64,000 bases of DNA from Spirochaetota bacterium (GTDB lineage: Bacteria > Spirochaetota > UBA4802 > UBA5550), in NCBI GenBank assembly GCA_050298055.1, contig JBNKTL010000017.1, positions 14,920 to 78,919 of the forward strand, written 5' to 3'. Within the stretch, counting starts at the first letter, position 1, and each line of letters opens with the position of its first letter. Position numbers and translations under genes: made by a program. This document shows positions 10,401 to 18,903 of this stretch, one piece after another. The notes beneath the pieces are model-generated. The model did not search any database. It had not been told where the DNA came from and worked only from the letters and a program-made list of their open reading frames with translations.

Positions 10401-10716
10401 TATCTCTCTCTCGGAATATGATGCGGAAAAGATCAAGTTCGTGGAGATAAGCAGGAAAGAACATGTTAAACTCTTCAGCACTCTGGCATCTGTTTATAAC
10501 AATCTCGGGGCCATATACCAGAAACAGAATGAAGAAGGGAAAAGCAGTTTAAGTTACTGGAAGGCTATCGATTATGCCAAGAGGCTCAAGGTCGAAAACG
10601 ATTTTGCCCGGGTAAACCTTGCCAGGGCATATAAACCGGAAAGTAAGGCAGAACCTATTCTTGATGAAAATATCCCCTACAGCATGGATTACTACAGGGA
10701 AGGGATGCGGAAATAA
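7408..10716 (+). CDS. flcA: FlcA-like flagellar collar protein (acidic disordered N-terminus, TM helix, TPR array)
   Basis: ~400-aa D/E-rich region, single TM (IFGGAALIAFLVTLVSY), many TPRs; architecture matches spirochaete FlcA; start uncertain (7339, 7387 or 7408). Confidence 0.6.
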   Translation: MENIQYSEEEILEIERIKGIVTGGDTFNDIVTRPPVEEAGPEDLDMPDFEEMEEIPSDFNIGEPEDLDLPVGDLDGITSGTLSPEMADLTPSFEEEAVDEIESIVPEGFAGDEFADLTGEVPDEIEGEIEDISDLLQEIEEVSEVPVEEVEEVSPPEEEGLIEGLEITEGFDEEMEGGVPEEMTPGIEAFEEEAEEPGERSPLDQLDALTGEEPESVDIQDLADDTFVGEDFSMPGLEGAGEEMDEIPEQGEIEELPEDLGEEAVETVSLDKDVDMDIPDLSDLTFEDAGEIPEASESDIPDIDLGDVAAGGEFPEDLDISDTDFAPPEMEDMGGTGVSAEMESFEDISGIEPLDEGDVSLEEIPGIQVAEIPDEEPMAIEPLDDEPVEREPAGLPRGGEPLEFSDRDLKKLKKAIILFNPSLRREIKETVINDLLPVDELRQLVDMIISGRPEDNIHRFLEKKLRKKILLVDESVTAGRRIITSRQEYTREGRERQKKLLKFTRIFGGAALIAFLVTLVSYQYLYKPYMAKKTINEGVELILSTGDYQKKPKDYAKAEELFKYVEENYAKDFLYGYNAFGRSYFQKEEYNRSLQKLDRAFELNSTHVKTLNNLGYFYARVPAEYYRSVRGDVERKYFGKKKLEDKEKTQLNLAISFYQRALLIDSKNVSSLLGIGNAYFHQGQFLKAKKYYEDILRVDRKSVVGHSGLLNLYIERDAFPQVATIFADLREKKMLDKLPSALLGKLAVYFLGKSKTDEGNVRIDYGVRSPRIKDLDDNTYPAVRTLLQALNRRDPDYPPLHVYLALLSRKENNLLVMKRHLEKAVGLSPRYFSALHLLGEFHYKTKEPVEAYRLLNEAIKSYGTQPDFTRDDFYKEVVNVGKTHAMLGNIFYYFFDKIRFRFGDLEDRLIDDDREKMANYSIAREKYESAVREGYVSPELNYNLGRIYYLNKLYRKALDRWLHLYEDFVRSPELMYALGNAFYHLGNYEASKGEYLKFISLSEYDAEKIKFVEISRKEHVKLFSTLASVYNNLGAIYQKQNEEGKSSLSYWKAIDYAKRLKVENDFARVNLARAYKPESKAEPILDENIPYSMDYYREGMRK

Positions 10717-10719
10717 TAC

Positions 10720-11166
10720 TTATTCCTTTGTATTGAGGATCGCGTACTCAAATCCGTCAACAAGGCATTTAAATGAAGCGGCATTAATGTTTTCTGAGAA
10801 TGAACTCACGCGCCAGACCCGGGTCCCGTCTGTAAAGATAATGGTCACTTCCACTTCAGTACTGGTTCCTCTTTTGGAATCCAGTATGTGCGCCCTGTAA
10901 TCCACAAGTTTAATATCTGTTATGTGAGGGAAGAGGGGCGTGAGGGCCTTTTTCAAAACCTTGGCCAGGGCGTCAACCGGACCGTTTCCCGTTGAAGCCT
11001 CATGTATGACCCTGTCAAAAGCTTCAATCTGGACAGTCCCTTCGGGATCTTCGCCGTCATCGATCAGCCGGTATCCGCCGATTATTCTGAAAGGCGGTTT
11101 GTACTCCTTGAGGGATCTTGCTACCGCAAGAGCACTAGTTGCATCTTCTATTTCGTAGTTAAGCAT
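10720..11166 (-). CDS. stand-alone LeuA/CimA C-terminal regulatory domain protein
   Basis: TGNGPVDAL..ALxK, LVDY, SENINAASFKCL.DG. Confidence 0.85.
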   Translation of the reverse strand: MLNYEIEDATSALAVARSLKEYKPPFRIIGGYRLIDDGEDPEGTVQIEAFDRVIHEASTGNGPVDALAKVLKKALTPLFPHITDIKLVDYRAHILDSKRGTSTEVEVTIIFTDGTRVWRVSSFSENINAASFKCLVDGFEYAILNTKE

Positions 11167-11171
11167 ATTAT

Positions 11172-11654
11172 TTAACTGATAACCTTTCCGGTAGCGGTTG
11201 ATATTTTTTCTTCCTTCCCGGATTCATATTTAAGCAGTATTCTGTCATTTCTCAGGCTGTACTCGGAGAGATCTTCGTCAACCCGAAAGTACCATATCTT
11301 CTCCCCTGTGGACCTGTCAACCTTTATCAGGTAGTATTTATTTTCATCATCAATAAATATTAAAAAAATAAATCTGCCGAATATTTTCTGAAATAACGCC
11401 CTTCCGGGGATATGCCATTTTGTATTTCCCGTCTCTCTGGAGATGGCAATAAACTGTCCGCTCTTCTCATCAAGTTCCGATGAGATAAATAATGTATCAC
11501 TGTCTTCTTCAATATCATTTATGACAACAATATCATTAAGCTTTTTTGCCCACAGTTTTTTCCCGTCTGCATTTTTGCACATGAGTATCGATTTTTCAGG
11601 ATCATAGGAAAGCGTTATTTTTTCAAGCTGGAAAAAATGTTGTGTACCGCTCAT
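11172..11654 (-). CDS. PQQ-like beta-propeller repeat protein
   Basis: Repeated TG..KW motifs (DGKKLW, TGNTKW, TGEKIW). Confidence 0.6.
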   Translation of the reverse strand: MSGTQHFFQLEKITLSYDPEKSILMCKNADGKKLWAKKLNDIVVINDIEEDSDTLFISSELDEKSGQFIAISRETGNTKWHIPGRALFQKIFGRFIFLIFIDDENKYYLIKVDRSTGEKIWYFRVDEDLSEYSLRNDRILLKYESGKEEKISTATGKVIS

Positions 11655-11660
11655 TTTCTG

Positions 11661-12413
11661 CTATTCTGTGATGAGCCCCTTTATTTTCATTCCTTCTATT
11701 ATAAGACGGGCAACTTCTTCCGTGGAGTAAAGTGAGTTGTTTACAAAAAGATGATAGTTATGAGGATCGGTAATATCAAATTTCACGTATTTTTTCATAT
11801 AACTGTCCCTTTCCTTGGACTTTTTGCTTATCATTTCTCTGGCTTCATGCCGGGAGAAGCGAAACATTGAAGCGATCCTTTCGATCCTCCAATCCAGGTC
11901 TGCTACCAGCCGCACATGATAACCGCTTTTCATGTCACGGGTAATAACATTTCCCGCCCTTCCCACAATGACCACATGTCCGTTCTCCGCGAGAAGTATT
12001 ATTGTTTCCACGAGTTTTTTGTATACCGAAACCTGCGAAGGGAAATCGCTGAATGCAGTTTGTAAAAATTCGGTGAGCGACCTTCGCGCCGATGTGGTAA
12101 GAGTTTCCGCGAGACACTGACAGATCCCCATGTCTGCCATGACAGTTTCAAGGACTTCCTTATCATAAGCGGCCCAGGGACTTTTAAAATCGTATTCTGT
12201 ATTGAGAATGGTTGAAAGCCTTTCGGCGATTTCAAAACCGCCGCAGCCATATTCCCGGGAAATTGTTACAAAGGGATAGTAGTTTTTCTTGGGGAGCCTG
12301 CTTTCTTTTATTCGGGCTATAATTTTCTGGGGTCTGTCGATTTTGTTTTTTCTTTCGTGCCAGAATTTTATCTGCTTCTCTACATGTTTATCTTTCGCGG
12401 ATTGTTCACTCAT
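11661..12413 (-). CDS. cytidylate kinase-like family protein
   Basis: VTISREYGCGG, VIVGRAG, DITDPHNYHL.VN. Confidence 0.85.
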   Translation of the reverse strand: MSEQSAKDKHVEKQIKFWHERKNKIDRPQKIIARIKESRLPKKNYYPFVTISREYGCGGFEIAERLSTILNTEYDFKSPWAAYDKEVLETVMADMGICQCLAETLTTSARRSLTEFLQTAFSDFPSQVSVYKKLVETIILLAENGHVVIVGRAGNVITRDMKSGYHVRLVADLDWRIERIASMFRFSRHEAREMISKKSKERDSYMKKYVKFDITDPHNYHLFVNNSLYSTEEVARLIIEGMKIKGLITE

Positions 12414-12604
12414 TTACAATTCTCCTGAGAAGTCACACCTGATATCAAGTTTTATTTCGATAATATTTCCATTCAGTAAAGGTGCAAACTGAAAATAGAA
12501 TTTTCGTCAATGCCCAGCCGTATGGCTGAGATAAATGTATTTTTTTTCAAAGTTATATATATGTTGTGATTTTATCAATCATTTTTCAAATGAGAAAAAT
12601 AAAA

Positions 12605-13453
12605 TCATTCAAATTTTCCTATGACCTCGCCCATTCGTAACCTGTCTCCGGAGATAAAACTGTTAAAGTCCACCCTGTTTTTCTGAAAGAGGAGTATAAT
12701 TGTGGAACCAATATGGAAGATGCCCAGTTCTTCGCCCTTTTTTATAAAGGGTAAACTTTGATCAGGGAAAAACCTCTCTTCCCTTTTTCTAAAGGCCCTG
12801 TTTGTGGCAGCATCCGAATAAGAGAGTGTTATCCTGCCTACGTCCAGTGCGCCAATTTTGCATACTGCAACAAGGCCGTTATCAGTCTGTATATAGGATA
12901 TCATTCTTTCGTTTATGGAGTAAAGTCCTTTATAACCTTTGACCATGAATTCCTGGACAGTGTAGAGCTTTCCGGGAATATGATAATACCCCTTTACATT
13001 CCCGTTTACCGGGGAGTGAATCCTGTGATAATCGGAGGGAGAGAGGTATATTGTCATGAATGATCCGTCTCTGAACTCCCGGGCAGTGGGGGAGGGTATC
13101 AGCTCTTCCAGGGAATAGTCGATTCCTTTTGCCTGGAGAATTGAATTTCCCCTTATTTCTCCGAACTCCTGGACCCTCCCGTCAACGGGTGAGATAACCG
13201 TTTTTTTACCGGTATCAATTTTGTGAACACCTTCTTTCAATTCCCGGGTAAAGAACATGTCAAAGTTCCTGAAACCTGATTCGGGTATAAAATACTCTTC
13301 ACGGTTTACATTGTATGTTCTGCAGTACCAGTTGATTATTGGTTTCAAAAGAAAACCGGGAAGATGCAGCTGTGCAATAAATCCTGCAAACCGTGAAAGA
13401 AGGCATGTTGGAAGTATTCTGAAAAAGTCTATTATCAGTTTATTTTTGTTCAT
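12605..13453 (-). CDS. psd: phosphatidylserine decarboxylase proenzyme
   Basis: FFTRELK, SPVDG, YLSPSDYHRIHSP and FHIGSTIILLF (self-cleavage GST). Confidence 0.92.
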   Translation of the reverse strand: MNKNKLIIDFFRILPTCLLSRFAGFIAQLHLPGFLLKPIINWYCRTYNVNREEYFIPESGFRNFDMFFTRELKEGVHKIDTGKKTVISPVDGRVQEFGEIRGNSILQAKGIDYSLEELIPSPTAREFRDGSFMTIYLSPSDYHRIHSPVNGNVKGYYHIPGKLYTVQEFMVKGYKGLYSINERMISYIQTDNGLVAVCKIGALDVGRITLSYSDAATNRAFRKREERFFPDQSLPFIKKGEELGIFHIGSTIILLFQKNRVDFNSFISGDRLRMGEVIGKFE

Positions 13454-13573
13454 TATTGGGTCTTCGCTTAGATTGAAAATAATTCAATGGGAAGACACAC
13501 ATTATTATTACACTCTTCTAAATCAAGATTTTTTTTATTTGACACAGTAATGGAGAGTGATCAATATTAAATC

Positions 13574-14008
13574 ATGAAAACTTCCTGTTTAACAGCACTT
13601 TTAATTCTCCTCTCCGGCAGTCTTCCCGTCTCTGCTGAAAATGGTTTTAAACCCTGGGGTGCGGATATAAGAATAGGAGATGAGACAAAGAAGATTATAA
13701 AGCATACAGATGATGTAAAGGGGGGCCCGGGAAGAGCGGGTATCATCAACAGGAGTGTCAGGCCGGTCTACAATGGTGTTCAGGGAGGGGCATACTTTAT
13801 GATACGGTTCTTCCAGGTGGTTATCTCTCCCCAGGATGGAGCGAACTGCAGGTTTACGCCGACGTGCAGCGCGTATGGAAAACATGCAGTGGAGAAACAT
13901 GGAGCCCTCCTGGGAGCAATAATGGCAGGAGAGAGACTTATCAGGTGCAATCCCTATACCCGGCCCGGCTATGACAGGGTTCCTGATAAAATTTTTTCGG
14001 GTAAATAA
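13574..14008 (+). CDS. yidD: YidD-family protein with N-terminal signal-like extension
   Basis: ISPQDG..CRFTPTCS.Y...A..KHG...G......RLIRCNP. Confidence 0.75.
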   Translation: MKTSCLTALLILLSGSLPVSAENGFKPWGADIRIGDETKKIIKHTDDVKGGPGRAGIINRSVRPVYNGVQGGAYFMIRFFQVVISPQDGANCRFTPTCSAYGKHAVEKHGALLGAIMAGERLIRCNPYTRPGYDRVPDKIFSGK

Positions 14009-14017
14009 TCTCTCCCT

Positions 14018-14902
14018 ATGAAATATCTTTCCCTCTTTCTTCTGCTGGTAATAGAGATTGTTTCAACGCCCCTTTCACTCTATTCTGACAGTTTCTCTGA
14101 TCATCAAAAAGTGTTTATCAAAAAACTCTACAGGGAAAAACGCTATTTTGATGCCATTTCTGAAACACGGCGCTTGGTATCTTATCTCGGAGACTTCCCT
14201 GAAAAACGAAAATATGAGTATTTTATTCTGAGTAATTACTATCTCGGGGGACAGTATAAATCGGTTATTTTTCACTTTAATCATTTCTCCCGGGACCTCA
14301 ATATTGCCGAAAAGCTCCTCCTCTCACGATCATACCTCAAAGCGGGTCTTTACACTGAAAGTTCCGCTGTTTTAAAGGGTCAGGAGTATGGTAATTCTCC
14401 GGGAGAAAACTACAGAATTCTCCTGGGCCGGGTTGAACCTCTTCTCTACCTGCATAATAATGATTCTGCACTTGACCGCATCAATGAAGCGGAGAAATAT
14501 ATACAGGCGGATGCGTACGCGGATTTAAAAAAAGATGTATTGAAATACCATGATATGAGCTACAGGTCGCCGGTACTGGGAGGGGTCCTCTCTGCAGTGG
14601 TACCCGGTTCAGGCCAGGTTTACTCAGGAAAATATTTATCGGGCCTTATCAGTTTACTGGGTGTAGCGGCAGCAGCTGCAGGGACCCGTTATTACCACGA
14701 AAAGGGGAAAAGGGGACTGGCCTGCAGCATGGGTTTCTTTACACTCCTCTTTTACACGGGAAATATCTATACCGGCTATAATTCCGCCCGGGGAAGGAAT
14801 CATGATGAGGAGACAAAGTACTTTAACAGGGTGAGAAGGAGTTTTTCCCGGTATGATACTCCCCTTGAGGAATCGGATTTAGAGAAGATATTTCATGAAT
14901 AA
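14018..14902 (+). CDS. exported TPR-like protein with C-terminal TM2-like segment
   Basis: Signal peptide; SP.LGGVLSAVVPGSGQVYSG motif. Confidence 0.7.
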   Translation: MKYLSLFLLLVIEIVSTPLSLYSDSFSDHQKVFIKKLYREKRYFDAISETRRLVSYLGDFPEKRKYEYFILSNYYLGGQYKSVIFHFNHFSRDLNIAEKLLLSRSYLKAGLYTESSAVLKGQEYGNSPGENYRILLGRVEPLLYLHNNDSALDRINEAEKYIQADAYADLKKDVLKYHDMSYRSPVLGGVLSAVVPGSGQVYSGKYLSGLISLLGVAAAAAGTRYYHEKGKRGLACSMGFFTLLFYTGNIYTGYNSARGRNHDEETKYFNRVRRSFSRYDTPLEESDLEKIFHE

Positions 14903-15746
14903 AATAATAATATTCATTGCCATTTTCTTTCTTTCTATAGTTCCTTTAAGAGCAGAAGAGAGGGACCTGATAAAGTTTGCGGAATTATCATACGGGAAAA
15001 CAGAATACTATAGCACAATCACATCACTGATGCGCTACCAGTATCTCTATCCTCACGGTAAGTACTATGCGGAGAGCATGCTCCTTATGGGTAAGGCATA
15101 CTACAGGGGGGACAATTTCGGAAGGGCGGCTGAAGTCCTCACCTCGGCCTATGGCCGGTTTCCCGATGAGGAAGCAGGTGAAGAATCTCTCTATATTCTG
15201 GGAAGGATGAGGCTTATGAGCGCTTCTCCCTTTTATGCCCTGAGGTCTTTCCAGGAATATCTGCATGTCTATGAAGAGGGAAGATACAGAGAGGATGCAA
15301 TCTTCAATTCATGTTATTCATATGCGCTGAGCCCCGCAATAAGTCTCGCTCAGAGGAAAATCAATGAATACAGAAAGGCCTATCCCCGGGGAAAATACCT
15401 GGAAGAGATAGATCAACTGGAGAAAAGCATACGGTATGAAATAAACAGGCCGAAAAAAAGTGTAGGTGTTGCGGTTGCCGGGTCACTTATTTTCCCCGGG
15501 TTCGGACACTTCTATACCGGGAATTACTCAACCGGTTTTCTTTCCCTCTTTACAAATGCCCTTCTTATTTTCCTGATCTATGACGGTTACCGGGATGAAA
15601 GAAAAGCCCAGATGCTTGTTGCCGGCCTGGCGGAACTCTCATTTTACCAGTATTCAATCTATGAGGGTGCAAGGAATGTGAACAGGTATAACAGCAGGGA
15701 AGAATTCTACAGGCATGTGAGATTGAGTATCGGGACGAAGTTCTGA
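14895..15746 (+). CDS. BamD/YbgF-like TPR protein with C-terminal TM2-like segment
   Basis: YP.GKY TPR repeats; KS...AGSLIFPGFGHFYTG. Confidence 0.7.
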   Translation: MNKIIIFIAIFFLSIVPLRAEERDLIKFAELSYGKTEYYSTITSLMRYQYLYPHGKYYAESMLLMGKAYYRGDNFGRAAEVLTSAYGRFPDEEAGEESLYILGRMRLMSASPFYALRSFQEYLHVYEEGRYREDAIFNSCYSYALSPAISLAQRKINEYRKAYPRGKYLEEIDQLEKSIRYEINRPKKSVGVAVAGSLIFPGFGHFYTGNYSTGFLSLFTNALLIFLIYDGYRDERKAQMLVAGLAELSFYQYSIYEGARNVNRYNSREEFYRHVRLSIGTKF

Positions 15747-15782
15747 TTATCTATGAAATAATATTTTCTCTCAGTACCGAAT

Positions 15783-15848
15783 GCCCTCACCCCCCCCCCG
15801 GCCCCCTCTCCCAGAGAGTTTAATGGAGGAGGATGGGAGAGGGGGAGT
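15783..15848. repeat. REP-like GC-rich hairpin
   Basis: ccccctctccc ... gggagaggggg inverted arms. Confidence 0.6.
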
Positions 15849-15919
15849 GTTTAAAAAGGGTAAAGTTAAAACTTTAAAAAATAATTTTCTTCTCTTGAAT
15901 TATTAATTACAATAAATGC

Positions 15920-16492
15920 ATGAAAAGAATCAATTTGAGAACCCTCTATAGTTTTTTCGTTTTCTGTATAATAGTAACCTCCTGCGGCAGCAAAAATGTA
16001 CGGCTGGAGGATGTTCCCTCTACAGAATACAGGGGGTTTCTCATACAGGAGCCAAGGGGGGGGCTCGATATCAGGAAACCCCTGGACTTTATCATGATCA
16101 ATGAGCCGTTGTTTTTCAGGCTGTTGAAAAAGCACGTGAAAAAAATTGAGTACAGCGCATATCTCTCTAATAGAAATTTTCCCTATTACGATATCATTAT
16201 TATCTCGCAATTTACCCTGGAGAGAGGGGAGGCCCATTCCGCGTCCGTCCTTCTCCATGAGCTCTTCCACATCATTCTGAACACTATTCGGAGAAACAGA
16301 TCACACTGTGGTATTGATGAGAAAACTTTTTTGCTGAAAGCGGGAATAAAGTATGACGACATTAAAGGTATGAAGAAGAATGCCGAGGAAAGGGCAGCGT
16401 ACCTGTTCCAGTATGGTTTTATAAAACAATATGGTACTGAAAGAGATATCGATTATCAGAGGCAGAAACTTGAAAAGCTTGGCATTCACTAG
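15920..16492 (+). CDS. lipoprotein with HExxH zincin-like motif
   Basis: Lipobox VTSC; LLHELFH followed later by AEERAAY. Confidence 0.6.
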   Translation: MKRINLRTLYSFFVFCIIVTSCGSKNVRLEDVPSTEYRGFLIQEPRGGLDIRKPLDFIMINEPLFFRLLKKHVKKIEYSAYLSNRNFPYYDIIIISQFTLERGEAHSASVLLHELFHIILNTIRRNRSHCGIDEKTFLLKAGIKYDDIKGMKKNAEERAAYLFQYGFIKQYGTERDIDYQRQKLEKLGIH

Positions 16493-16594
16493 TGCTGAGC
16501 CCGCGTGATTTTGCACCAAGAAGATTTTCTTAATAGTTGGATATTCCAGCAGTTAACCAATCATGATTAGTTAAAAATCACGCAGTCGAAGTAC
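16489..16594. repeat. REP-like element with an 81-nt insert in its loop
   Basis: ctagtgctgagccc[gcgtgatttt...aaaatcacgc]agtcgaagtac. Confidence 0.7.
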
Positions 16595-16617
16595 GGGGAA
16601 AAAAACCGGAGGAAATA

Positions 16618-17289
16618 ATGAGTGATCTCGAAGATCATATTGAAGAGTCAATTGATGATGAACTGCTCAGCAGTAATGTTCAGCTTATCGATTACGAACA
16701 GCTTCTCAAGACAAATGAACTTTCTGTTGCAGCTAACAAGATTATTGAGACAAGCTATTTTCAGGAAGTGGACTTCATGCGGATGGATGCCATTGATAAG
16801 TTCCTGGAGTTTGTTTTTTTCAAGGTACAGACCGGGTACATGGAAATTATTCACATGGGGTATCCCACGAAAAGGATGATGGATGAGGACCTCGAAGCAA
16901 AGATTATTGAACTCATTAATATTCACATGATTCCGGAAATTATCTTCAAGCTTCTTAAATTTTTTACAAGGAACCTGAATGATCCCGATACAAATCTTTA
17001 CATTTCATACCTGATTTACTCCTCTGAGATCATTAAATCTATCTATGATACATTTCTCATGTTCAAAAAAGATATCTTTATCAGTGAACCTGAGAAGAGG
17101 GCGCTTAATGTAAAGAGGATACAGCAGTTTTCTCCACGGTCAGAACTGAAACTTTCTTCGCCCCTGGATGCGGCCGCAAGGCTTAAGTATATACTTGAGT
17201 TCTTTTCTATCAGGTATCATGTTGAAAACATTTACAGGAAAGAAGACCTTGTGATGCTGGGAGAAAAGGAATTAATCTCACAGAGGTAA
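16618..17289 (+). CDS. hypothetical protein
   Basis: 223-aa ORF with GGAGG RBS. Confidence 0.75.
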   Translation: MSDLEDHIEESIDDELLSSNVQLIDYEQLLKTNELSVAANKIIETSYFQEVDFMRMDAIDKFLEFVFFKVQTGYMEIIHMGYPTKRMMDEDLEAKIIELINIHMIPEIIFKLLKFFTRNLNDPDTNLYISYLIYSSEIIKSIYDTFLMFKKDIFISEPEKRALNVKRIQQFSPRSELKLSSPLDAAARLKYILEFFSIRYHVENIYRKEDLVMLGEKELISQR

Positions 17290-17296
17290 GGCCGTA

Positions 17297-17758
17297 TCAG
17301 GGGATCGGTTGATAGAGGGAAAATTTTTCAACAACATCGTCCTGGTTTCTTTCAGTCTCAATTAACTTTATCTGCCTGTATCTTCCGGAGTCCTTAAACA
17401 GGTCACTGTTATACAGCGGTTCATAGAGATAAATCAGTCCGCTCATTACATCCTTCATGTCCGCAAGGCTTCCTTCCACAACTGTGAACTTGTAGTAGAT
17501 GTCTCTTTCGGAAATGCTTTCAAGAATTTCCGGAAAGGGAGTAACGTCCGGGTCCATGAATTTCTTCAGGCCTCCCCTGCAGCCGTCTCTCCAGCAGCTG
17601 TAGAATATCAGAATTTCGAATTTTCTCTTTTTATGCATCAGACAGATGATTCCCGGCAGTTCGGTAACAATTTTCATTGCATCATATTTATCATACCTGT
17701 GAACCGGTGACCAGGCTATCCTGTAGATCGCGTTATTGCCGGATATTATTTTCTTCAT
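17297..17758 (-). CDS. hypothetical protein
   Basis: 153-aa ORF translationally coupled to the upstream Lon-N gene. Confidence 0.7.
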   Translation of the reverse strand: MKKIISGNNAIYRIAWSPVHRYDKYDAMKIVTELPGIICLMHKKRKFEILIFYSCWRDGCRGGLKKFMDPDVTPFPEILESISERDIYYKFTVVEGSLADMKDVMSGLIYLYEPLYNSDLFKDSGRYRQIKLIETERNQDDVVEKFSLYQPIP

Positions 17759-18351
17759 AATACATCTTTATTCTTTTTTCTTATTCTCAGGATAAGCTTT
17801 CCCATGGTTTTAATAAGGAGGTTCCCCCTTTTTATCAGGTTGAGTTCATTGAGAATTTTAAATCTGCCTTTGAAACCGAGAACAAAGTAGTTTGATATAA
17901 AGTCTGTGAGCTGGTTAATGTCGCTGATATAGTTGAGGAGGTCTATGAGCTTATCTGACTCATCGACATTGATCAGAAAAATCAGTTCCTGCGATTTTTT
18001 TCTCAGATCTTCAACAAGTTCTTCGTTCCTGTTTTCTTCATTTTCATTGATAATTGAATAGTCGGCTACCTGTTGTCTGTGGATTTTTTTTATCCTGACC
18101 CTTGAGAGTCCTTTCAACTGGATTTTTATTTTATTGTCAGAATTGTATTTCTCAATGACCTCAGTGAGAGTTGCTATCCTGTTTTTATAAAAAACCGCAT
18201 CAAGCAATCTTCTTATGGGGAAAGCCAGAATCCTGTCACCATTTTTTATGGAGTCAGATGATTCGGAATGCGCTACCACAACATTTATCGTACAGTAAGG
18301 GAAGACGACTTTTCTTTTCAGATAAAATATTTTTGATGTTTTTTCTTTCAT
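17755..18351 (-). CDS. stand-alone Lon protease N-terminal substrate-binding domain protein
   Basis: VVFPY, LKGLSRVRI, LTDFIS...ILNELN..KR; start placed at MKEK (18351). Confidence 0.7.
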   Translation of the reverse strand: MKEKTSKIFYLKRKVVFPYCTINVVVAHSESSDSIKNGDRILAFPIRRLLDAVFYKNRIATLTEVIEKYNSDNKIKIQLKGLSRVRIKKIHRQQVADYSIINENEENRNEELVEDLRKKSQELIFLINVDESDKLIDLLNYISDINQLTDFISNYFVLGFKGRFKILNELNLIKRGNLLIKTMGKLILRIRKKNKDVL

Positions 18352-18368
18352 GCTTTTATGAATAAACA

Positions 18369-18470
18369 GTAATGACTCAGCTATGTATAAAAATAGATAT
18401 GTTAATGAATAAAAGATAACTGATGTGTTGTTGTCATACAGCTTATTCTTATACATATAGGAGTCGTTAC
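18369..18470. mobile_element. MITE-like element, GTAAC-TACTCAGCT family
   Basis: 20-bp imperfect terminal inverted repeats gtaatgactcagctatgtat / atacatataggagtcgttac. Confidence 0.7.
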
Positions 18471-18575
18471 AAATAATCAACCTCAAAATAAAAAAAGATT
18501 GTAATATTTGTCAATATGTATATAGTGTAATATATCATGAAAGCGTAAGTTAACACATTTATTCCGGGGTCAGCA

Positions 18576-18893
18576 ATGGATGAAAAAAGAAAATTTGAAA
18601 GAACAAAGGTTAATACAAAATCAGAAGTTCATTCTGATGAAGGGATGACTTTCAGTAAATCTACGGACATGAGTAACGGAGGGCTCTTTATTGCCACGCC
18701 CGAGCCATTGGCTGAAGGGTCTGAAGTAAGCCTTTCTCTGCAGATTCCCGGTGAAGAGTCGGTTGATATTAAAGGTGTTGTCAGGTGGGTCAGGGAGAGC
18801 GGCGATGAGGATTCAAAATCCGGAATGGGTATTGAGTTTGTGGATATCTCTGAAAATGATCTTGAAAACCTGAAAAAGATCGTACTCGAATAA
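18576..18893 (+). CDS. PilZ domain protein (c-di-GMP receptor)
   Basis: RKFER (RxxxR), DMSNGG (DxSxxG), GMGIEF. Confidence 0.9.
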   Translation: MDEKRKFERTKVNTKSEVHSDEGMTFSKSTDMSNGGLFIATPEPLAEGSEVSLSLQIPGEESVDIKGVVRWVRESGDEDSKSGMGIEFVDISENDLENLKKIVLE

Positions 18894-18903
18894 TAAAATT
18901 TTA

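Noticed and set aside
18352..18486. N-terminal 45 aa of the 243-aa Lon-N ORF
   Set aside because: Runs through the MITE-like repeat; the real start is more likely 18351
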